A DNA stretch of 64,000 nt from an uncultured Gammaproteobacteria bacterium (GTDB lineage Bacteria > Patescibacteriota > Microgenomatia > UBA1406 > HO2-37-13b), in NCBI GenBank assembly GCA_964612595.1, contig CAZTFB010000001.1:387058-451057 (forward strand). Direction: 5' to 3'. Positions 56,533 to 64,000 of this stretch are shown here, piece after piece (position 1 is the stretch's first letter; each line of letters opens with the position of its first letter). The notes under the pieces were generated by a model that saw nothing but the letters and a program-made list of their open reading frames with translations, had not been told where the DNA came from and did no database searches. A program made the position numbers and the translations under genes.

Positions 56533-57402
56533 ATGATAATGAAACAAAAAACTAAATTTCGTATCCTTCCCGTTATTCTTCTCCTTCCTTTGTTTGTTGT
56601 TCTGGGCATTGTGTTAGCTCCTCGCTTCTTGGCTCAATCCAAAGTCGCTCAAACCCTACAGACCAGAGCCAAAGACAAAAAAGTGGCAGAGTTGCTGGCA
56701 GCAATGAACAACAACTCCAATAAGGAATCGCAGGAGTATGCAGAAGCTAGACAGGAATTTTGTGTTCTCACAGCACCAGCAGCTGAGAGAGAAAAAACCG
56801 TGGCCAACATCAGGCAATTCCTGGGTATGCCAGATATCCCTGTCGAATTCATTTGCAGCAGATTTAATAACAAGCCAGATGATAACGGGACCGACTATAA
56901 CAGTCCTGCCAGTGAAACTTATGAGGCTGCACGATTTAGTTTCATAGTTGACCCCAAAACCAACTACATTGTCGAAACTGGTGAGGCAGAGCGCCGATGG
57001 GGAACAAAAACAGATGGCACACGCTGGTTTGAAAACATGCCAGAGTATGACGACACTCCTACCTACACCACCCCAGAAGCAATCAAACCAATTGGTGAAG
57101 CCTTCATGATTAAAAATAAGGATATCTTCGGAGTCGACATTACCAAGATGACCTACCAGTTTGAAGGTAGAAAGGTTGGCAACTTCTTTGTAAAGTGGGT
57201 TGAAAAAAACAATCCCCACACAAAAGAGTATGAGGAATGCGGAGACGCTGATCGAAACAACCCAGCAGCCTACCAAAATGACCAGGGGGTATGGTGCTTA
57301 AAAAGCACTTATACCAAATACCCCACAGTGAGCATGACCATCATGCAGAGCGGGCAAGTGGCAGTCTACGACAATGACGGCTGGGAAATTGAGAAGTTAT
57401 AA
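56533..57402 (+). CDS. Secreted hypothetical protein (289 aa)
   Basis: AAGGAGG lies 7 nt upstream. The N-terminal signal-like segment is KTKFRILPVILLLPLFVVLGIVLA. Confidence 0.5.
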   Translation: MIMKQKTKFRILPVILLLPLFVVLGIVLAPRFLAQSKVAQTLQTRAKDKKVAELLAAMNNNSNKESQEYAEARQEFCVLTAPAAEREKTVANIRQFLGMPDIPVEFICSRFNNKPDDNGTDYNSPASETYEAARFSFIVDPKTNYIVETGEAERRWGTKTDGTRWFENMPEYDDTPTYTTPEAIKPIGEAFMIKNKDIFGVDITKMTYQFEGRKVGNFFVKWVEKNNPHTKEYEECGDADRNNPAAYQNDQGVWCLKSTYTKYPTVSMTIMQSGQVAVYDNDGWEIEKL

Positions 57403-57539
57403 ACTCCTACTTCCCCAACACATCCCCAACAAGGCTTCTGAAGCTTAATCAAGGCAGGTCATGCCACTTCAGGCACGAAAGCCCCACACAAGTCAACACA
57501 AGCGGTTACATTTGGTTCTATTTCAGGCAATCGGGAAAT

Positions 57540-58442
57540 TCACCTTAGGCTTGCCATTCGAGGAGACATTATAAGAGAGTGTGAACCATATTTTTCTTTA
57601 GCACCTTCTCTAGCCATTCTAGGGGAATATCCACTACCTACCACCCGGTCATCTAACGGAATTACTAATGCCTCTTGCCTGGGGGTCACCCTGTTCATTA
57701 CATGCACTCGAACATCTTTATAACCACCATTGAAGAATACAGGGTCGACGGTGGTAGGGATTTTAAGCTCGGTATTCATGTAATGGGCGAATATACCTGC
57801 CTCCAATACACCCGAGCTAGCTGCAGCAGCTAAGACCACTATCTTTCTTTTATCTTCTGTTTTCTGCCTTAACTCATGAACACTAATTCCCTCCAAGAAG
57901 GTGTGCACTCCATCGAAAGGAAAATGCTCTCCCAAATTGTCTGTTTGTGGCGCCCCGTTCTCAAAGTATGGTATTAGGAAGCTATTAAAGGTATACATTA
58001 CCTGTGCATTTCCATATCGAGAATATGAATCTTGATCTACAACTTGTTTAGTGTAGTTTTTCATTCTTTCTAGCACCATAGTTTGCATTTCAATTAGCTT
58101 ACTTCTGCGATCGAGATTCCTAGTCCAAAAAATAACTCCATTGTTAACAGCAGCCAGAGTAGTAAGGTTTGCCAACCGATCGATCTCATCATCACTTAAC
58201 TTTCTATCTACTCTTTCTTCAATAAAGTTGCCTGCCAGTTCCTCCGGAGAGAGGACCGTCTGCATAATTGCACCCCTAGCTCTTCTTATCTCCAACCAAG
58301 TAGTAAAAGCAACTTTATAATTTAATTCAAAATCAATGCCTCTGTCTTTTAGCTCTTTAATCTCATTGAGCATCGTAGATCTATGCCGATCTGTAATTTG
58401 GTCATATTGTATCTGTTGTTGTTCTGTTGTTGGTTCTGGCAT
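57540..58442 (-). CDS. Hypothetical protein with weak phosphoribosyltransferase-like C-terminal half
   Basis: KIVVLAAAASSGVLEAGIFA...EALVIPLDDRVVGSGYS loosely follows the PRTase pattern (hydrophobic strand, DD, small-residue loop). It lies 3 nt downstream of the kinase-like gene. Confidence 0.25.
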   Translation of the reverse strand: MPEPTTEQQQIQYDQITDRHRSTMLNEIKELKDRGIDFELNYKVAFTTWLEIRRARGAIMQTVLSPEELAGNFIEERVDRKLSDDEIDRLANLTTLAAVNNGVIFWTRNLDRRSKLIEMQTMVLERMKNYTKQVVDQDSYSRYGNAQVMYTFNSFLIPYFENGAPQTDNLGEHFPFDGVHTFLEGISVHELRQKTEDKRKIVVLAAAASSGVLEAGIFAHYMNTELKIPTTVDPVFFNGGYKDVRVHVMNRVTPRQEALVIPLDDRVVGSGYSPRMAREGAKEKYGSHSLIMSPRMASLR

Positions 58443-58445
58443 AGA

Positions 58446-59405
58446 TTAAGTGAATAGACTTACGACATCATCTCTTCTTCGTTTTAGAGCATGCTTAAAA
58501 TAAGCTGACATATCTCCATTAAATTCATCTTTTATTTTGGTATATGTTTCAATCGCTCTTTTTGTCTTTATATGGTCAAGGCTAGTGGGATGATTCGCAT
58601 AATAAGACATGTCCAGCTGTAACCTCATAATTGTTCTGTCCAAGAATTGAAGATTTGTTTGATTACCTTCTGGGGAGTTGTTGTCTGGCCACCTTGCTAA
58701 ATCAACAATCGTATCAATATCCATATCATCTAGTTGGCCAATTTTTTGGCCAAGGGCTTTTAACCTCTCAGGTTGTAAGATTTGCAATTGTCCTCCCTGA
58801 ATATCAACCATTTCTTGATATGCAGTATTGGATATGACATTTAAATCGTAAGGGTCAGCAATTGCGTGCCTAATATCTTCAATGTCTATCCCGTCACAAA
58901 ATCCATTATAACCACCTTGAGCTCTGGATCCACAACATGCGCCAAAGTCTACATGAGCAATGCTCCCATAATCCCTCCTTATCATTGTGTTCCAAGGAAC
59001 ACGGTCATAGTCACCAATCAATATTGCAGCGAGTATAGAGTCTTGAAACTGTTCTCTCAGTTTTGGGTCAGCCATTACTCCGCCGCTACCATATGTTAAA
59101 TCTGCGGCATAATCTGGGCTTAGATCTTCCATGATTACAGCAGAGTGGTTCTCAGTTTCTAGATAAAAAGTGCTTGGTGCTCTTAAACCTAATACCTGAA
59201 ATATTGTTGATCCGATAACCTCTGCATGAGCAGAGTGAGGAGGAAGGAATTTTAGTATTCTTGGCGTCTCTTGTTGCCTTTCTCCAACATAAACATACTG
59301 TTCTTTGCGATGAGTATTCCTTACGGGTGAAACAAATCTACCTCTATGCTCCAATTCCTTCAAATTGTAACTTTCTGGTGGTAAACTGGGTGTTTCTAGC
59401 GACAT
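58446..59405 (-). CDS. Protein-kinase-like fold protein, PI3K/PI4K-type motifs (putative)
   Basis: RILKF (Lys), AHAEVIGSTIFQ (Glu), hinge VIMEDL, catalytic-loop-like IGDYDRVPWNTMI (DRxxxN spacing as in DRHxxN, with His replaced by Val) and HVDFGAC (DFG). Confidence 0.35.
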   Translation of the reverse strand: MSLETPSLPPESYNLKELEHRGRFVSPVRNTHRKEQYVYVGERQQETPRILKFLPPHSAHAEVIGSTIFQVLGLRAPSTFYLETENHSAVIMEDLSPDYAADLTYGSGGVMADPKLREQFQDSILAAILIGDYDRVPWNTMIRRDYGSIAHVDFGACCGSRAQGGYNGFCDGIDIEDIRHAIADPYDLNVISNTAYQEMVDIQGGQLQILQPERLKALGQKIGQLDDMDIDTIVDLARWPDNNSPEGNQTNLQFLDRTIMRLQLDMSYYANHPTSLDHIKTKRAIETYTKIKDEFNGDMSAYFKHALKRRRDDVVSLFT

Positions 59406-59520
59406 AGTAATTCTTAAAACAAGTATAACAAACCACCTAGGTTTAGAGTATTAGGAGTTATGTGGTGGAATAGGCAGCTAATTGTGGCTGTATATCAGGA
59501 ATATGGATGTAGTCAGAGTA

Positions 59521-59560
59521 ATTCTGTATAATTGTTCTGACATCGTTCACGATGTTCCGC
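59521..59560 (+). repeat. Copy A of a 40-nt repeated promoter-like/palindrome module
   Basis: ATTCTGTATAATTGTTCTGACATCGTTCACGATGTTCCGC contains TATAAT and the palindrome ACATCGT tc ACGATGT (59540..59555). It lies upstream of the plus-strand gene 59743..60147. Confidence 0.7.
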
Positions 59561-59742
59561 TGAAAGCGTCAGGTTGCTCCAAGTCCCGTCCACCCTGTGA
59601 ATTTGGGTTGTTGGGGCTTGCTGAAAAATTGGAATCAATCTCAAAAGTCTTAAAAGTATCCTGGAGAGTAGAAAATCGTCGAAAAAACCCTTTATGTATT
59701 TGCTCTTGGTTCTAAGCTTTTGATAAAATATTGCATAAATAT

Positions 59743-60147
59743 ATGAAAAATCTTCCTCTTGATTACTATCCGCCTCTCGCCAGAAAAGCAATAATTTTTC
59801 TGAACTCAGCAAAATCTGGTTTTAAAATCACCAATAGACAAGTAGGGTCTGAAGAAGCGACTTATTATCAACTATCTCAGGCAATTGAATTTTCAATAAA
59901 AGCATTAGTAAAAAAGGAGACTGGGATAGCCCCACCTCGAATTCATGAGAAACAAATACTCACCGAGAGATATAGGGACATCTGTGGCTTTTCAGATAGC
60001 GAAATGGACACTATCGTAAAACTAAAACAATTAAATAATGGACCTAGAGGATTACGTTATGATAATAGTCCAATTGGCGAGTTTCTACCTTCAACGTTCA
60101 ATATGGGCGTAAAGATTGTTGAAAGATTACTAGAAAAGTTTGAATAG
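59743..60147 (+). CDS. Hypothetical protein, HEPN-like helical domain (weak)
   Basis: ATYYQLSQAIEFSIKALVKKETGIAPPRIHEKQIL resembles the HEPN helix pattern (QA.E..lKAl....g.....H.l..L). No partner nucleotidyltransferase was seen. Confidence 0.3.
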   Translation: MKNLPLDYYPPLARKAIIFLNSAKSGFKITNRQVGSEEATYYQLSQAIEFSIKALVKKETGIAPPRIHEKQILTERYRDICGFSDSEMDTIVKLKQLNNGPRGLRYDNSPIGEFLPSTFNMGVKIVERLLEKFE

Positions 60148-60724
60148 ATTAGTGTTGTATAAGGTTAATTTGTCTGTTGCTTAGAATAAATTTTGAGTTT
60201 ACACCTTTGAGAATTTTAATTCTTTCTTCTGGTGTCCCATATTGAAGGACGTGGAGACCGGCAAAAAAGAGGCGGTAATGGTAGGGTAATTATTTCCTCA
60301 CTTGGAAGGGAGAAACCAGAACTATCCAATTAGATCCACCGACCGAAACTTGTAGTGAGGACCTGGACAAGAGTGCTCCCGGCTTATACCTCAATAGCAA
60401 TGGCGCTCCTTGCATCAAGGTCTACGAGACCACAGAACAGCCAAGTTTAAGCATTGCCTTTACGAATGGTGGACAACTCATCAACTTCTCTAATGAGATT
60501 GAAGGACCGCTTCCAAGAGCCCGGATACGCTAAGGATCCCCATGATTTCATTCAAACGTTTTATTCTTCGGACTTTTGTTGCCCTGATTGAACTCCAGGT
60601 GAAGCTATTCAAGACATTGGCCCACACCGACTCACGACGTCCCCAACGAGCGGTTCGAAGCTGCAGAGATGGTAACTACTCCATATGAGGCAGGAAAGTG
60701 GCACACAAGGCGACACGGTGGCAG

Positions 60725-61702
60725 CTATCCGTCAATATCGTTTCTAACCCAAGTTACTCTATTTTCTGTCGGTGGTTTCTCTACAAAACTTATTTTTTGT
60801 GCTTCTCTAAGTATTCTTTCAATTTCCTTTTCGTGATCAGACGAGGTTGTAGCAGTGTTTGAAGCCATGACTTGATCTTCATTACCAATGATGTAGTAGT
60901 CATTGCTCCCGTCCTTGGAAATCCTGTTAAGCACAGGTCTAATGGCATTCGTTCGTGTGTCTCTAAGAAAACCCAAGGCGTAGCAAAATTCATAGTCTGA
61001 AGAGACTCCAAGGACGGCAGTACCTGGCACATTTCCTTTCCATGTATGATCATCTACTATTTCAACCCACCCAACAGGGACTTCGACGTTTCCTGCTGAT
61101 TCAACACTTTCTGCATGATAAACAGCTGTTTTTTGATTATATTTGCTCTCTCGTTTAGTGTGGATACTTTGGAAGGCAGCATCAAAATATATTTCGTCGA
61201 TAATATCACCATCTTTATCCGCTAAAACTAGTCCGTTCCAAACATGATTCGATCCTTCCTTACAAAAATGTGTTTCAGATAACCCAGTATAGAAAGCCGT
61301 GACAGCCTGATTTGCTCCTCTTTGATTGAGCTTTTTGATTAGCTTCGACTCGTTCATTTGAATAATCCACTGCCTTCCAATGTCTCCACATTGACCATCA
61401 AGACGCCCGTTTATATCGTAGAACACGGGTAGATTTACGTAATCTCGTTCTTCTCGACTGAATATTTCAGCTGGGTTTTCTGAAAGCCTTGCTACCTTCT
61501 CTGGACAAAGATCATATCGGAACTGAGAAGTAAAAAACCTAACATCCTCCACTTCTGCAGGAGTAAACCCCCAAGCCTCTAGTTTTTTTTGGGCCTCACC
61601 AGAGATCCTTGTTGGTGGCAACGGCTCTACCCCCTCCTCAACTTCAAGGTGTCCCAGATTTTTGAACGCATTTTGGTATGGATTTTCGCCGACTTCTCCC
61701 AT
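60725..61702 (-). CDS. Hypothetical protein with transglutaminase/papain-like Cys-His-Asp arrangement (putative)
   Basis: GQCGDIGRQW (Cys), then GSNHVWNGLVLADKDGDIIDEIYFDAAF (His and Asp), resembles the transglutaminase-like core order. Confidence 0.3.
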   Translation of the reverse strand: MGEVGENPYQNAFKNLGHLEVEEGVEPLPPTRISGEAQKKLEAWGFTPAEVEDVRFFTSQFRYDLCPEKVARLSENPAEIFSREERDYVNLPVFYDINGRLDGQCGDIGRQWIIQMNESKLIKKLNQRGANQAVTAFYTGLSETHFCKEGSNHVWNGLVLADKDGDIIDEIYFDAAFQSIHTKRESKYNQKTAVYHAESVESAGNVEVPVGWVEIVDDHTWKGNVPGTAVLGVSSDYEFCYALGFLRDTRTNAIRPVLNRISKDGSNDYYIIGNEDQVMASNTATTSSDHEKEIERILREAQKISFVEKPPTENRVTWVRNDIDG

Positions 61703-61726
61703 CAGGATATGATATCATAGGGAAGT

Positions 61727-62014
61727 ATGTCTAAGTACAACGGATTTCAAAAAATATCTTATAGAGATGCCTTTGCACTTATTGGTTTGCATGATAAGAA
61801 TGAGTCTACTTATCACTTAGCAAACATGATTATTGAGATCGAAGATGGTGGATTAAAAATCACCTACTTAAGTCCTTCTAAAGCCGCATCTCCTGATCAA
61901 ATACAACATACCTCTGAACCCTTTAGGTATACCCACAACAAAGTTAACTACCTAATTGCAAACGAAGACAATAAGCTTGCGGTTTACGAAGAAGAGCAAG
62001 TCATAGGAAGTTAG
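61727..62014 (+). CDS. Hypothetical protein (95 aa)
   Basis: ORF only. Confidence 0.35.
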   Translation: MSKYNGFQKISYRDAFALIGLHDKNESTYHLANMIIEIEDGGLKITYLSPSKAASPDQIQHTSEPFRYTHNKVNYLIANEDNKLAVYEEEQVIGS

Positions 62015-62076
62015 GACTTTTCTTATTGGACAGCTGTTGCTGACCTCAAATCGGATATGTAGATATAGCCTGGATA

Positions 62077-62116
62077 ATTCTGTATAATTTCTATAACGTT
62101 GTTCACAACGTTCCGC
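62077..62116 (+). repeat. Copy B of the 40-nt repeated promoter-like/palindrome module
   Basis: ATTCTGTATAATTTCTATAACGTTGTTCACAACGTTCCGC is 32/40 identical to copy A. It contains the palindrome AACGTTGT tc ACAACGTT (62095..62112) and lies 45 nt upstream of the TerC-family start. Confidence 0.7.
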
Positions 62117-62160
62117 AATCACACCACCAACACGCATATTCCTTGCTATAATGATGGATC

Positions 62161-63081
62161 GTGGATATTCAAACGAGTCTCTTTATTCTGTTTAGCCTTA
62201 TAATCGGCGCTTTTCTCATAGCTGACCTTGGCTTCTTTAATAAAAAAGCGCATAAAATTGAACCACGTTCTGCTCTACTTCAATCACTTTTTTGGATAGG
62301 TATCGCCTTCGCCTTCGCTTTTCTCATATCTATCTTCATGGACCGCGAATCTGCAATTGAGTTTATGAGTGCATACGTCACAGAAAAAATGTTATCCGTC
62401 GACAATCTCTTTGTCATTATGTTGATATTTAATTTCTTTAACATCGAAGAAAAATATCATCACAAGGTATTATTCTGGGGCATTATGGGCGCCATCGTAT
62501 TTAGAGGCATATTTATCCTACTTGGCGCCTATATCATCGCACAGTTTCATTGGATTTTGTACATTTTCGGAACAATTCTTGTATATACAGGATTCAAACT
62601 ATTTACCGATAAAAAAGAAGAACACGTTGATTTTGAAAAAAGTGCCATTGTTACTTTGGCTAGGAAGTATCTCCCATTTTCTAAGGATTACCATAGCGGG
62701 AAATTTCTCATAAAAGAAAACGGTAAGACAATGTTTACTACGTTGTTCTTAATTATTCTGCTTGTTGAGGCAACAGATATCATATTCGCTATAGATTCAA
62801 TACCCGCTGCTTTTAGTATTACGCAAAAACCATTTATCGTTTTTACCTCAAATATTTTTGCGGTAATGGGTCTCCGAGCGCTTTTCTTCCTCCTTGAAAG
62901 TGTGCTCCACCGTTTCCATCATTTACAAAAAGGGCTCGCTTTTGTTCTGATTTTTATTGGGGCAAAAATGCTTGTTGGTATTGTGGGATTACACCTATCA
63001 TCACTTGTATCATTTATAGTTATAGTCGCAGTATTTGCACTGTCACTTATTCTTTCTGTTCTGTTTCCGAAAAAGATATAA
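62161..63081 (+). CDS. TerC/Alx-family integral membrane protein
   Basis: GTG start. LIADLGFFNKKAHKI...SLFWIGIAFAF...EKMLSVDNLFVIMLIF...AIDSIPAAF...NIFAVMGLRALFF are TerC-family motifs. TGCTATAAT lies at 62143..62151. Confidence 0.85.
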   Translation: MDIQTSLFILFSLIIGAFLIADLGFFNKKAHKIEPRSALLQSLFWIGIAFAFAFLISIFMDRESAIEFMSAYVTEKMLSVDNLFVIMLIFNFFNIEEKYHHKVLFWGIMGAIVFRGIFILLGAYIIAQFHWILYIFGTILVYTGFKLFTDKKEEHVDFEKSAIVTLARKYLPFSKDYHSGKFLIKENGKTMFTTLFLIILLVEATDIIFAIDSIPAAFSITQKPFIVFTSNIFAVMGLRALFFLLESVLHRFHHLQKGLAFVLIFIGAKMLVGIVGLHLSSLVSFIVIVAVFALSLILSVLFPKKI

Positions 63082-63097
63082 TCGTATTTATGCATGT

Positions 63098-64000
63098 ATG
63101 ATGCACTCTAAGAAGACAAAGAAAAAAACCTGCCCGCATTGTGGAAACAATCCAACTAATCACCTACTCACTCATATGACACAAACCGTTCTTGTTAAGA
63201 CCTTGCCCCTTGCCAAATATATCCAATCACGCCGAAACGTAAGATTTGACAACAAAGTACATGAAATTGTTATGGATATTATGTGGGGATTCACAAAGAC
63301 TGGTGTGTGGGGTATTAATAGAGACCACAAGAAAGCTCCTACCGAAAGAACGCTTGTTATATGGGAAGAAGCTATAAAGAGAGGCATTGAGATGGAGGGC
63401 CTTATTGTTTATGGAAAACATGTCGAACATCATCGCGCAAAAATAAATGATGTTTGGGTTCATTTTGAAAGCCTTCCTGTGCCGGGAAAGTTTAATGAGG
63501 ATGCGTACGAGTGGATGGATGACAAATGGGAGCTTAAGAAATTTTTAAAAACCCATAACATCCCCACAGCCTTTGGAGAGTCGGTTTCTAAACTTGACGA
63601 CGCCCTCAAGATTTTTAGGAAAGGGCGAAAACCATTTATCACTAAACCACAGCTCGGTTCTCGTGGACGGCATACCACCACACATATATATACTAAGGAA
63701 CAGCTCATCGAGGGTTTCAAGATTGCAAAAAAATTATGTCGCTATGTCATAGTTGAGGAACATCTTGTGGGCAGCGTCTACAGAGGAACCTATGTTAATG
63801 GCGAAGTCGTTGGAATACTCCGAGGTGATCCTCCGCGAGTTACTGGTGATGGCACATCAACAATAAGAAAGCTCATCGCCTTGAAGAATAAAACAAAACA
63901 TCCTGAGGTATCAGACGTAGTAATAACACCCCATCTTGAAAATTTCCTCGAAAGACAGCGATTATCATTAGATGCAATTCTGAAAAAGAATCAAACCATT
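63098..64000 (+). CDS. ATP-grasp domain protein (cyanophycin-synthetase/RimK-like N-terminal region), 3' end outside window
   Basis: Not in the ORF track because no stop occurs before the window end. From ATG 63098 there are 301 stop-free codons (MMHSKKTKKKTCPHCGN...). DDKWELKKFLKTHNIPT...FITKPQLGSRGRH...VIVEEHLVGSVYRGTYVNGEVVGILRGDPPRVTGDGTSTIRKLI follows the ATP-grasp pattern. Confidence 0.6.
   Translation, partial: MMHSKKTKKKTCPHCGNNPTNHLLTHMTQTVLVKTLPLAKYIQSRRNVRFDNKVHEIVMDIMWGFTKTGVWGINRDHKKAPTERTLVIWEEAIKRGIEMEGLIVYGKHVEHHRAKINDVWVHFESLPVPGKFNEDAYEWMDDKWELKKFLKTHNIPTAFGESVSKLDDALKIFRKGRKPFITKPQLGSRGRHTTTHIYTKEQLIEGFKIAKKLCRYVIVEEHLVGSVYRGTYVNGEVVGILRGDPPRVTGDGTSTIRKLIALKNKTKHPEVSDVVITPHLENFLERQRLSLDAILKKNQTI

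Larger units (their letters stand above)
53881..62076. mobile_element. Island segment E2: compositionally distinct (GC-richer), with inactivated serine recombinase, XRE regulator and cargo genes
   Basis: My spot counts on single 60-nt lines give 42-47% G+C here (lines 54001 and 57001), against 28-33% at lines 9001 and 47001. It has a recombinase pseudogene at its left edge and strong AAGGAGG ribosome-binding sites. The segment ends just before the terC promoter region. Confidence 0.5.

Noticed and set aside
55619-57276. Long antisense ORFs 55619..56086 (+, 155 aa) and 56656..57276 (-, 206 aa)
   Set aside because: Each is fully contained in a longer opposite-strand ORF with better start context (AAGGAGG before 56533) and more protein-like sequence. 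The higher G+C of this segment inflates spurious ORF length.
62015-62160. yybP-ykoY (Mn2+) riboswitch upstream of the TerC-family gene
   Set aside because: TerC/Alx genes are often controlled by this riboswitch. However, I could not find its conserved GGGGAGUAG-type and complementary loop sequences in the 146-nt upstream region. That region instead contains the repeated promoter/palindrome module.
63172-63720. Three minus-strand ORFs (71, 78 and 86 aa)
   Set aside because: All lie antisense to a 301-codon stop-free plus-strand ATP-grasp ORF that the track omits because it has no stop inside the window.

Overview
AT-rich, very gene-dense bacterial window. The gene content (many GT-C and GT2 glycosyltransferases, small single-domain housekeeping genes, Pro/Thr-linker surface proteins) resembles a Candidate Phyla Radiation / Patescibacteria-type genome; this is inference only, since no marker gene was checked. 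All calls come from reading the sequence and the supplied ORF translations, with no searches run. Layout: (i) 1-22.9 kb is an envelope-glycosylation supercluster with five GT2, two GT4, seven large polytopic GT-C/ArnT-like membrane proteins, a Wzx-type flippase, a flavodoxin and UppP, interrupted by tRNA-Cys and a MacAB-like ABC exporter. (ii) 23.7-29.0 kb holds tRNA-Ile(UAU), tRNA-Phe and tRNA-Gly, an MGMT-type alkyltransferase, a roughly 0.7 kb GC-rich islet with two strong hairpins, an EamA transporter, riboflavin kinase, DinB and a MutY-like glycosylase lacking the Fe-S cysteines. (iii) 29.1-42.9 kb is the most unusual part: twelve tightly packed minus-strand genes for secreted or anchored proteins. 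These are five genes carrying cohesin-like and/or dockerin-like modules (one cargo is a beta-propeller phytase-like domain), four tandem Cys-rich paralogs, two small related Cys proteins and an LPXTG protein, linked by PT/PQPTS linkers; five of them end in a shared C-terminal C-x(11-13)-C-x2-C tail. (iv) 43.0-62.1 kb is a composite genomic island next to tRNA-Ser(UGA). The AT-rich element E1 has an intact large serine recombinase whose ORF runs antisense through the tRNA, an XRE switch region, a decayed T4SS-like module and a SET-domain methyltransferase. The visibly GC-richer segment E2 has an inactivated serine recombinase, a second XRE, a kinase-like plus PRT-like gene pair, and HEPN-like and transglutaminase-like genes. 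(v) 62.2-64.0 kb holds a TerC-family gene and a 3'-open ATP-grasp ORF that is absent from the ORF track. No rRNA, CRISPR array or reverse transcriptase was seen.
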